Below, one piece after another: positions 24,401 to 35,200 of a stretch of 64,000 nucleotides of DNA. This DNA comes from Cetorhinus maximus. Taxonomy: Eukaryota. The stretch spans positions 77,872,001 to 77,936,000 of the forward strand of contig NC_135897.1 in assembly GCF_964194155.1 (NCBI RefSeq). The letters run 5' to 3'. The position numbers were made by a program, and so were the translations under genes. The notes beneath the pieces are model-generated. The model did no database searches. It was not told where the DNA came from and worked only from the letters and a program-made list of their open reading frames with translations. How positions within the stretch are numbered: the stretch's first letter is position 1; every line of letters begins with the position of its first letter.

Positions 24401-25730
24401 CCACATCTGGGAGCAAGTGGTCTGAGCAGAACCTTTGAAGTCAGGACCAAGTCTTTAGCATGTGCCACACTACTCCCTGTAAATTTCAGCAACTTTAATT
24501 AACAGACAATCCAAACACGTTTACAAACTCAGCAACAGCCACTAGAAAACAATCAGCAACTAACCTGCAAATATTTGACGATACCTTTGAAGGTATTGCT
24601 GGGGGAGGGGTTCCTTTCTGCTGTGTTCAGCTGTGTGAGGTGAAGAGAGGGTATTAGCTGAACTGGTTGTGGTTGAAAATGGCAGCACTGGCATCAGATC
24701 AGCATTACAAACTGACTGATGTCATGAGCTGCATATGTCTGGCACACACAACCTGTGTGAACACCCTTACCAAAATGGCATCCAGCATGGCCAGTACTGG
24801 AAATGCAGAAATGAAATGGCGACCGCAGTGGTGAAAATATAGGTAGATACATTATACATCGTCCATCACTTCAGGACGGAATTTCAGAATTGGTGAGGGG
24901 AATGGGGAGCCAGCAGAGAGGCACTTGAAGAATTGCCTTTTCCAAGTCCACTCGACTTAAGCCAGAGAGTGGGCAGGTCGAAGTGGTAAATTTAGACTAC
25001 ACTTTGAAATTCATATCGGATCTCTGGCATCAAACTGGAGATTATAAGAAACATGGGGCCATAGTTTTAGAAATCTTATCGATAATTTCAGCAATACAAA
25101 GAAATGCAAGGAAAGATAGTGCATTTTTGGTGAAAAATGCTAACTGACTCTGCATTTGACTTTAAATTCGTGACGTGCACCGACCACTACAAAAATGGGT
25201 CAATTAGCTTTTCACTGAAGTTAACTGATCCTTTTAAGAGTTAAAGTCACTGTGGGGATGGAAACAAACAGGATAAGCCTACATGATTACATGATGGGGG
25301 CTTCCGAAGAATCTCCTGCATGAAAAGCCTCTCTTCTTGGAAACAAAGAGAGAATGGAGGGAAGGGGAAGTGCCTCCGGGACATTTCACTTTTGAATTGG
25401 TGTACATATACATTACAGAGCAGCTTTAAGTGAACAACTTCTTTCTCCTGTATGTATGGAAATCCACAGGCATTGGAATTACTTCACACTTTGGCTCTTC
25501 TCCTGGATCGGAATCTCACATTATCTAGAGCTGGGTAAGTAATTCTAATACTAATAAATACACATTTTGGACAAGTGTGAAGCTGCAATTTGTAATGACT
25601 GTTCCATCTGTTTCCAACCTCCGGAATATTCAATATCGCCAACATCTACTAATTAGATTTATTAACACTCAAAGTATTTCATGATTCATGCTAGAGAATA
25701 TTAATCTAATGTCATGTTTTCAAAGAAGTT

Positions 25731-25895
25731 AATAAGACCATAAGACATAGGAGCAGAAATTAGGCCATTCGGCCCATCGAGTCTGCTCCGCCATTCAATC
25801 ATGGCTGATAAGTTTCTCAACCCCATTCTCCCGCCTTCTCCCCGTAACCTTTGATCCCCTTACCAATAAAAAACCTATCTATCTCGGTCTTAAAT
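25731..25895 (-). mobile_element. Very short, young HER1 3' end
   Basis: Near-identical to 19263-19428 (ataagaccataagacataggagcagaaattaggccattcggcccatcgagtctgctccg...). Confidence 0.92.
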
Positions 25896-27307
25896 CTAAG
25901 TTTATTTACAGAAATAAACCTTTGCACATCACAGTGACAAGTATGTGTACAACAAATACATTTAAAAGCTCGTATGAAAGCGATAGCAAAATGTGTATAT
26001 AGGCTCACTGTATAATACCGTGCTTAACGATGCACACATTGAAACGTCTCTGATAAAGGATAAGAGGAACATGGAAACACTAAAACTTTGGCCTAAGAAA
26101 ACGATTAGAGGTATTATAATGGAATTGCATTGTCACCTCCCCACCGAGTTCATTTCATTCTGCGTATTATTTCCGTCTTGCAGTATAGCCTGAAATATAC
26201 ACCGTCATTATTGTGTTTCCTTGACCATTGGAGAGTTCATGAGTTTATTAAGAGAATTCCATATTATTTCTGACATATCTCAATATTGCATAGGTCATTT
26301 TTTAATCATGAAGCAGACACATCCCATGAACTACACACATAAGATTAACGTTCCATTGATAAGTGAGAGAACTGGCCTTAAATCACAGAGTGTTGGGTGG
26401 CAGTCTGAACAGTAACTTGTAAAATGTTATTTTCACTGAATGCCAAATGTAACAGTAAAAACCACCACATTTATACTTTGGGCTAAAATCACTCATATAC
26501 CTTAAAAAAAAAAGTGATTTTACAATCTGTTCTTAGAGGGGAACGGCATATGTAAGATGCACATCTTGGGAAATCACAAGTTTACAGCTATAATTTTATA
26601 AGCAGCAAGTCCACTCCCCACTGAATGTGTCTGAATCATGGAATTACCCTTACTTGACACCCCAGGTGGGCTTGTGGGAATCAGCAATACACAGCTTAAT
26701 CAAGAGGGAGTTGTGACTGTTTCCAGATTACTCCTTTTACAAGACAACCTGGGAACACAGTCATTCCTGGGGGAACTGGGATTTTTAACTGATTTTTCGC
26801 TCAACCATTTCCTCTGTATTTGAGAAACTCCACAACTGGATTAATGAAGGTTTCATTGGTTGCTGCCTGACAGATGTTCAAGGATCATTCTTGTAGGTGC
26901 ACCATTGATTGATTTTTCTCATTTATGAGGACCTGCATCAACTTACACACCTCTGAACTGGCCAGTTTCCTGATTTCATTGGCCTGTGTGTGCCAGGACC
27001 CTCAACAATGACTCCACCCCTTAACAGCCCTATGAGGCACATTAAATTTTCTCATGCATATGAAATAAAAATTGGTTTTGCTCATAGACAAAACGGGCTG
27101 TTTCAAAATGAGGGATCCGACAGGATAAATTAATAATTTGGGTGAGTAATGCTCTTAATTTTCAGTGAGGAAGTTATTGATTGGCAAATGCATTTGATAA
27201 TCTTTCAGTGTCGGGATGAAGTAAAGTGGCTTTCGTCATGCAGCCTCCATTCTATAATTTACAGGAGGAACTGAGGCAAGGGAAGGTGGGAACAGAAAGC
27301 AAGACAA

Positions 27308-27674
27308 GGGCTGGATTTTATGGGGAGCCGGGGGGGGGGGGGGGGGGAGGGGGGGGGAGGGCACTAAGGAGGGACCACTGCCTCACCCGCCGCCAGCCCA
27401 CGCAGGGAAACCTACTGGGACTGGTTAAATCTCAGCAGCAGTGAGATGAGGCCCTTAAGTAGGCAATTAATTCCCACTTAAGGGCTTCAATTGGCCCACT
27501 GACAAGTGGGCACTGCGCGACACGAGCCCCACCGCTGGTAAAATTACAGAGGGGGCAATGGCAGCCATACGCGGCGGGCAGACCGCCCACTGAACTTGAT
27601 GGTTCCCCCCCCCCCCCCCCGCCTTCAAGCCCACCGACGTGGGGTAGGGGGAAGGGGGACACAAAATCCAGCCC
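27308..27674. mobile_element. Harbinger-type MITE
   Basis: Perfect 12-bp TIRs gggctggatttt / aaaatccagccc; internal poly-G and poly-C runs. Confidence 0.85.
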
Positions 27675-28741
27675 AAGGACACACGCTGTTACATCCTTGT
27701 CTATCGGGGTTCCTGACAGCAACCTTCCATATGTGGATAGATGTACTGAAGTGATATTCAAATGTTAGAAATATTTCACTCAATGTTCTTCTTTTATCAT
27801 TTTACATCCATAGCAGGGAGCTGGACACAAAACACCCATGTTCTCAAACTGCAACCAGTGTTGTGAATAACGGCAAATGGCCCATTTGAGAACCAACTGG
27901 ACAAAACAGCTAAAGTCTTATGCGCCTGGTCTGCTAATTATCATTACTACTGTTTAAAAGAACTTTTTAACTATCAAAGTGGCTGCTGGCAACATGAAAC
28001 CATAGGTGGCCTCTGCAGCCTCTCTTCCCCATCCTCTGCACACTTTCAGTCGGGCTATTTGGGTGGAGGCACAGAGCCAAACATAAACAGAGGTTCCACC
28101 ACCCTGACGTTCAATGCACACCAGCCCCACTTAAGTGAAATATCTGGTTGTCATTGTTCATGATCTTTTGACCATTTTTCCACAGAAAAGCTTTCAGAAA
28201 AAGGGCGGTTAAATGTTATGCATTAAAGCATAGCACAGTCATGCAAGCAAAAGAAGTAGTACAGGGATTATAGATACTTAAGATGCTAATGGACTAGCTT
28301 TCATGTTGCCCCATAGACTGTAAATAATTAGCAATGCCTTAACCTGAGTCAGCGATTGGAAAACAATTCTATTGGAAAGTTACTTGCCTGTGAACAAAGG
28401 GAGGTAAAACAGAGACAGAACAGAGATATGTTTGGGGTATATGATCTCTAAAATATCAGCAGTGAGTACTCACCTTGCCCAGTTTATGTTTGGGGCAGCC
28501 ATGGAGACCCTCATCCTAGGCAGGCGAAGGGCTCACTGAAATGCAAAATGTGGAGTCTGATGATGTCCAATTCATGATGATAAATTTCAAGGGTCTTCCT
28601 CACCATTATTAAACCGGAGTACATCCTCCTCCATGCTACTGTTGAATCCCAAAACCTCTCCCCTATACTAGTGCAGTCAAAGCTCAGAGCCTCCATCCTC
28701 AGTGCTGTAAAGCCTCAAGACTCTTCTCCAACGCTGCCAAC

Positions 28742-29609
28742 TGTCGGATTTCCCACTTTCCATTCTCCAAATATCAAACATTGGCCCCTCTACCCTGCTA
28801 CCATATCTGTAGGCTGTTTTTACCTCTGATTCGTAGGTTTACTCTGGGTATCAACAACTCAAAACTACCAAGTTTGACCACACCAAGCAAGTTTATTTCG
28901 TGCTTCATGACTCTAATACAATTATTTACTCACGTATCCACGCGGGTCGGTTTGCTGGTTGCTTGGAAGGTCTGAGAATCAGATTGAAGGGGATGTTTAG
29001 CCGTCCTCGTTCTGATCTCCAAGTAGTCGGTCAGACTACTTCATTCATGAGCTAGCTAGCTCATCACCTTTGGAGCACCTTCTCTAATACCCCGTTCTCC
29101 ATATGCATCCTGCATGATCAGGCTTTGATAGGTCGACCCCAGTGTCCAGTTCTTGATGATTTGGTCTGTTGACCACTGGCAGGCGTCACAAGTGTGCCAT
29201 GTCCACCACAGTCAATTGACCTTTCACCAGTCCAAACATCTGCTTGTTTTTTTAAGGATCTCATCTCTCAGTTTCGACCGCACAGGGCAGCTAGTTCCCT
29301 TAGCTATTGTCTCTCAGGAAGTAGACATTATCTCATCTCGTGGCCTTTCGGGTCTCCAAGCAACCCGTCCCAATTACATTGTTAATGTATATTTAGCAGG
29401 CCTTCACTTTACGGACCTCTGCACTCCAGTATGCTTGCTTCCTCATTTCCCGTCTCATTTCACTGCACATTATGTCTCTTCAGCCAGTTCCGTTTTTTCC
29501 CTTCAGACACTTGTTCCTCTTAAATCTGTGGACGACCCCCTCCAAACGCTTTAAGTCATGTTATATATAGTTCACAAACTTTAAGTGGTCACCTACATAT
29601 CTTCTGACA
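28742..29609 (-). mobile_element. Putative solo LTR (Gypsy/ERV-like)
   Basis: Termini TGTCGGA...TCTGACA; minus-strand TATA-like motif (~29561) upstream of AATAAA (~28892); CpG-retaining interior; no TSD found. Confidence 0.4.
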
Positions 29610-30119
29610 CTCCATAAGCAAAGCTACAGCAACTCTGCCAGTATATATATTAAAAGGCAGAGTGTGCTTATCACAAATTCAGATCTTACACTTCAAAGAG
29701 TCAAGTGTATTAAGGAAAAAGGATGCCAGCGGTTTGTTAGTGATTCTCCTGCAAGACTTAACCATCTAAAGGCAGGATCAGTGGATTTATTGAAATTTCC
29801 CCAAACAACTAGCCTCTAGTTAACTTCCTGATGTATCTTTTTAGACATTTCCCACACAAAAAAAATATGGTACAATAGCCTTAAAGAGATAGAGATCACA
29901 GCTGTGCACCAGATGCCATTGACCCATGAGCAAAGCCATGGGAGATCACAGAGTAAACTGTAATCTTTTTTTTTTACACGTCACAACCTACTGACAGATG
30001 TTTATATACATTAACCCAATCTAGTCCGGTCGTAATTTGTGTTTCTCTAGGAGTACAAAAATGTTTTGCGACACACAGCAAAATTGCAATAGCATATAGA
30101 TATATTTTAGTGAATATCT

Positions 30120-30767
30120 CATAAGACCCAAAAGATGTAGGAGCAGAAGTAGGCCATTCAGCCCATCAAGTCTGCTCCGCCATTCAATGAGATCATGGCT
30201 GATCTGATAATCCTCAGCTCTACTTTCCTGACTTTTCCCTATAACCCTCGATTCCCTTACTGATTAAAAATCTGTCTATCTCCGTCTTGAATATACTTAA
30301 CGCTCCAGCTTCTACAGCCCTCTGCGGTAAAGAATTCCACAGATTCACTACCCATTGAGAGAAGAAATTCCTCCTCATTTCGGTCTTAAATGAGCAAGCC
30401 CTTACCCTGAGATTATGCCCTCCGGTCCTAGATTCTCCCACGTGGGAAAGCAACCTCTCAGTTTCTACCCTGTCAAGCCCCCTAAGAATCTTATATGTTT
30501 CAATAAGGTCACCTCTCATTCTTCTGAACTCCAATGAGTACAGGCCCAACCTACTCAACCTCTCATAAGAAAATCCCTCCATACACAGGATCAACCTAGT
30601 GAACCTTCACCAGGACTGCCTCCAGTGCTAGTACATCTTTCCTTAGATAAGGGGACCAAAACTGTTCACAGTATTCTAGGTGTAATCTAACTAGTGCCTT
30701 GTATAGTTTTAGCAAGACTTCCCTATTTTTATACTCCATTCCCTTTGAAATAAAGACCAATATTCCC
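30120..30767 (-). mobile_element. CR1/HER1 LINE 3' fragment
   Basis: ORFs 30596..30793 LYKALVRLHLEYCEQFWSPYL and 30220..30594 RRMRGDLIETYKIL...RNFFSQWVVNLWNSLP. Confidence 0.92.
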
Positions 30768-31855
30768 TTATAATTGCTCAAGTGAAACCTCAAATTTTGC
30801 CCTTCACTTAAATATAATTAAACGAATGAATCGATATACAGTTAACAGGGATACCAAGTTTCGATTTGTAAACCTGAAAAGCAGGGATGACAGTGACTTT
30901 TTTGTCATGGTGAACAAATTCCATACAAACGGAGTATCAGGAAACATCAGGAAGTTGCGAGAGAGAAGGGAAATCTGGAAGAATTTCTTTCCATCCAAAA
31001 GTAAGAATAATCATATAAAAAATTACAAAGATGAGTTGCTGGAAATGTAACAGCAGGCAATTGGCAATTCCTGGAAAGAAGAGATACTGAAAGACACGGT
31101 AATACTCATTGGCTTTTAGTTGCTGCAGGACTTTAGATGCATTTTCAGTTTATTTTGTCTTTTTATTTTATTTTGTGCCCCACATATTTGTTGATGCAAA
31201 TAATACTAACAGAATTTAACACATTGCCATTTAAATCATTCTCTGGCAATGTTATATAAGAGTGCAACTTGAGACACAAGAGTTGCAGAGAACCAGATGG
31301 AAGTGAATTGGGAGATGCACACAAGTCTCACTGTGCCAGATGGAAGTGAATGATATCATGTTCCTTGGTGAATATTGTACATGTGCAGGAGGTGACAACA
31401 GAAAGACACTGCCACAGACAGCAATGAATTGCTCCTTATATTCTGTACACAAGATTGAACATCAAGACGTACAAGTTACTGAGTGAACGGATCCCTTTTC
31501 TTCATGTGTACATAGAAGGTGACAGAGGCTTAATTGCTCTGGGGTTTACTATATACAGTATAAATATAGTTGTTTCACTGCAGATAGATTCCTGAGAGTG
31601 AGTAAAGGAGTCTGCATTCCATGTGATTAAACAAGAAAAATGCTGACGATAAAACAAATGATTTGGCTGAAGAAAATTCTCTTTCAGCAGGCAGGAATGT
31701 TATATATTGAAAATGAAGGGCTTCCCAAAGATCAAACAGTGCTGAACTATTCCAAGTGCAAAAAAAACCGCATCTAGTTCTGTGCTCGTCACTTATGCAA
31801 CCAACCTGTTGATCCCACTGAACAAACAGCAGAAGTACCATCTTTGGTTTTCATC

Positions 31856-32220
31856 ATGGTTCAGCGGTAATTCTCTCTTAGGAGTCAGAAGATTGGGGTT
31901 TAAGCCCCATTCCAGAGTTTTGAGCACCTGATAGAAGCTGATATTGCAGTGCAGTACTGAGGGACTGCTGCACTGTCAGAGGTGCTATCTTATCGATTAG
32001 ATATCACACCGTGAGTTCTGTCTACTTTCTCATGCAAATGTAAAAGATCTTGCAGTATTCCATGGAAGAAGAACAAGGGAGTTTTCTTGGTATTGTGGCC
32101 TACATTTAGCCCTCAATTAACACCACTATAACAAATTAGCTGTCACGTTTTTCTACATTCTAACAATGACTATAATTCAAATGTACTGCACTAGCTGTGA
32201 TAAAGTTGTTAGAGGTTCTT
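31856..32220 (+). mobile_element. SacSINE1/DeuSINE-type SINE
   Basis: tRNA-like head, gtgcagtactgagggactgctgcactgtcagaggtgc core, Deu-type segment. Confidence 0.85.
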
Positions 32221-32677
32221 TTAATAGCCCTTAATTCAAAATAAATCTTTTAGCTTATCTAAGGTTAAATAAAGCAATTAGAAGTTGTCAGCTCAGTAAG
32301 GCGCAATATAAAATTCTGCTTTTAAGTGAAGCTCCGGGGAATAGGGCTGTCCAGAAGAAGCAGTGATAATCACCAATTATCAGAGACACCAGAGCTATCT
32401 TGCCACTTCCTATACATCAGCTTTCTTAACTGGTGGGCCCTGGCACACACTCTATTGGAGCGTTTCAATAACTTTGGTTCTCCATCCTTTATTTTCGTTC
32501 TATGCCACCCCTCACAGCCAGACAACTCAGCTTCTTATTATTTCAGCCCAGCGCCTAGAGCTCTGTATTAAATTGAGTGCTCAAACGCAATATGAAACTC
32601 TCCCTGATTCAAATGTGTGTCTTTAACTGGGTTAAACAGTCAATCAATATAGTCAGAGAATTCTACATAATAAAAAC

Positions 32678-32965
32678 TAAAGACTTGCAATGATATAGCA
32701 ACTTTCAAAAACTCCCAAAGCACTGGAAGGACTTATGGAAGTGCAATCACTGTAGCAACATAAGGGACGCAGCAGCCAATTTGCACACAGCAAGCTCCCA
32801 CAAACAGCAATCCAACAATCATATAATTTGTTTTTAGCCATGTTTGATTGAGGCATAAATATTGGCCACAACACGGGAAAACTCAGCTGCTCTTTTTCAA
32901 ATAGTGCCCTGGGATCTCTTCCATCCACCTGAAAGGGTAGGCGGGGCTTTGGTTTAACATCTCAT
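32678..32965 (-). mobile_element. SacSINE1/DeuSINE-type SINE (3' part)
   Basis: gcagccaatttgcacacagcaagctcccacaaacagcaat and gggatctcttccatccacctga are the reverse complement of the core. Confidence 0.85.
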
Positions 32966-33039
32966 TGCTGATCATTCTAGTTGCTTATGATTCTAGCTAA
33001 ATAAAAGTGCCAGACAAAAATCCGTTGCCTGGTGTAAAT

Positions 33040-33554
33040 AGTTTTTTGGTAGCACTGAACTTGAGTATTGCTGAAAAAGAGGCATGTCTAAGCTTTTTGT
33101 CTTGCACTCATCAGGACACTCGCAGGAATACCAATATAAGGCAAAAACAACAAGTTGCACTGTATGTGAAGAGTGCTGATTGGTCGCCAAATAGCGTTTG
33201 CCATGGAGAATGCACCAGTGATGGTGACTGATAGTTAACTGCCAAGCATTGTTTGAAATTTAAACCAGGCAGCTTGGCCCTGATTGTTTGCCATTGCCCT
33301 GAGGAATGAGTCAACAAATGGCTGTCACTTATTTTTTTAGCTGAAGCAGGTGCAATGTATGTACATGTTTTTTCTGTCTACAAAGAACAGGGCCCTGTGT
33401 ATTAATATATGTAGCTTCCAGTACATGCAAATGCACCACACTGCAAGCCCGACTGACAAACTTAAATTGGTTGTCAGCGTTGTTTTCCCCTTATATTGAT
33501 ATTCTTGCGAGTGTCCTGTTGAGTATAAGACATGTCTCTTTTTTCAGCAATACT
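33040..33554. mobile_element. Non-autonomous Penelope-like element with ~80-bp inverted terminal arms
   Basis: Arm 33064-33151 (agtattgctgaaaaagag...ccaatataaggcaaaaacaac) is the reverse complement of 33479-33554; the arms contain a hammerhead motif. Confidence 0.75.
33083..33119 (-). ncRNA. Minimal type I hammerhead ribozyme motif (G12A, probably inactive)
   Basis: GUGUC CUGAUGA GU-GCAAG-AC aAA AAGCUU A GACAU: stem I GUGUC/GACAU, intact CUGAUGA, palindromic stem III; GAAA reads AAAA. Confidence 0.65.
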
Positions 33555-34515
33555 TGTTTAAGTATTAAAAGATCCATTTCCATGAACAGACTAAAATTGC
33601 TATGTAATACATCATTTATTCTCCTCTTTCCCCTCAAATGGAAACCATTAATCTTAGCAGAAACTCATTAATTCATCAATGCATTTTTAAAATTTTGAAT
33701 AATCATCATCTTTTGAACTTTCTAAAGGTGCGACAGCATTTGGCTGAAGGATGTAATATAAGAAGCTGGTAAGGAATAGGAGTACGGTATTGGTCGACAC
33801 TCCACAGAACATAGAGAAGGTGAGAGGAGGGAGCTTGCAGCAGAAATGGACCCTGAGTGCCACAGAATTCTCGGGGCCTTGAGAATACTGCACATAGTGA
33901 AAAACACCATTGCGTAATCTGAATCAGGTAAGCTCATCTTTTCAATTACCCTTTGCAATTTCAGCTCCTCGTATTTATCCTCTATGCTTTATTTGAAATG
34001 GTAAAGGTCTAATTGAATGTGGCCACGCAGCTGCCATAATACCTCCAACATTTCTCAAAGTGGAGCAAAGGCTTCAGGTTTCAATATCCTGGAAATTGTG
34101 GAAGTCTCCAACCTCTTTCATTAAGCTTCTCAATACAAAATTCTGATCTACAACAAAAAACATTCAACAATACAGACAGACAAAAATGGTATTGTGTTCA
34201 TTAACAAATGCCTGAAAGAAAAAGTGTAACAAACTACAGCCAGAGGTGAATGATGTTATTAGTGAGAGATCTGCTTGGAAGTGTCTATTCCCTTTATGTT
34301 ATTTTCGAATCGATGATGTGATGTTAACAGCAGAAGTGTGCCAACTTCTTGCACACTACAATGAACATAAGGCAAACAATGTGTCTCCTGATATCCAACT
34401 TCTTGTTGCAAGAGCACAAATCAGGGGTATGAAAGATAAGCATTTCTTGGAATTAGCCTTCTATGGAGATTTAAGGATACTGAGGGATACGGGTAAATGG
34501 CTTTGAGATATAGGT

Positions 34516-35200
34516 TGTTATGGCACAGCTGATGGTAAATGCTGAGTAAATCCCCAACGGAAACTTGAAACAGCTGCCACAGCACGTTTTGCAATTTGTA
34601 TAAATTTCAAGATGCGTGCCTTGAATTCAGTCGTAATAAGACCACCAAATTTTATAGGTTTTTACAAAACTAGATTAAACGTTTATTAATAAGAGAAATG
34701 ATTTTAAACACATACATAGATCTACAAATTATTACAATGATAACTTCTAAATCCCCTACTTAATCTGACTTCCGTCAAGGCAACAGTAAAACACGGATTT
34801 AAAAAGACCCGGACAAGATGAGACACAATACCCTGAACCAGTCAAATTCGAAGTGAGTTTCCTGTTCTGATGGGGTCATACGGACTCGAAACGTTAACTG
34901 TGCTCCTCTCCGCAGATGCTGTCAGACCTGCTGAGTTTTTCCAGCTATTTTTGTTTCTAAACTTCAGTTCTTTGAAAACAGCAGCTTGAGGCATAGATGC
35001 TGAAGGCTTTTCACACCGCCTTTGCCTCTTTATACATATTTTCCCCTTTAATGCAAATTCCCATTGTTTCACAATGTCTTTGGACTTTATCTTTCTGATA
35101 ATAAAAATCTTTCATAGCACCAAGTTTTACAAATATCTTTGGGAAAAATAAACACGCTGTTTCACTGTTGCCGAATGCTCCTGTAACTCTGTTCCTTCCA
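34516..35200 (-). mobile_element. LTR-like element (3' end at 34516; other end uncertain)
   Basis: tgttatggcacagctgatggtaaatgctgagtaaatcc..ggaaactt matches the reverse complement of 38540-38600; minus-strand AATAAA at ~34683. Confidence 0.6.
34862..34958 (+). mobile_element. Short Penelope-derived element with hammerhead motif, inserted in the LTR-like element
   Basis: CUGUU CUGAUGg GGUC-AUACG-GACUC GAA ACGU U AACUG, then cagatgctgtcagacctgctgagtttttccagc and a T-rich end. Confidence 0.7.

Noticed and set aside
31856-31930. tRNA genes (also 1232, 4229, 48560-48642)
   Set aside because: Only A/B-box-like heads that continue into SINE or LINE bodies; no full cloverleaf.
33687-34150. Possible exons (splice-like sites on both strands, 68-78 aa ORFs)
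   Set aside because: No recognisable protein, conflicting strands, no consistent frame.
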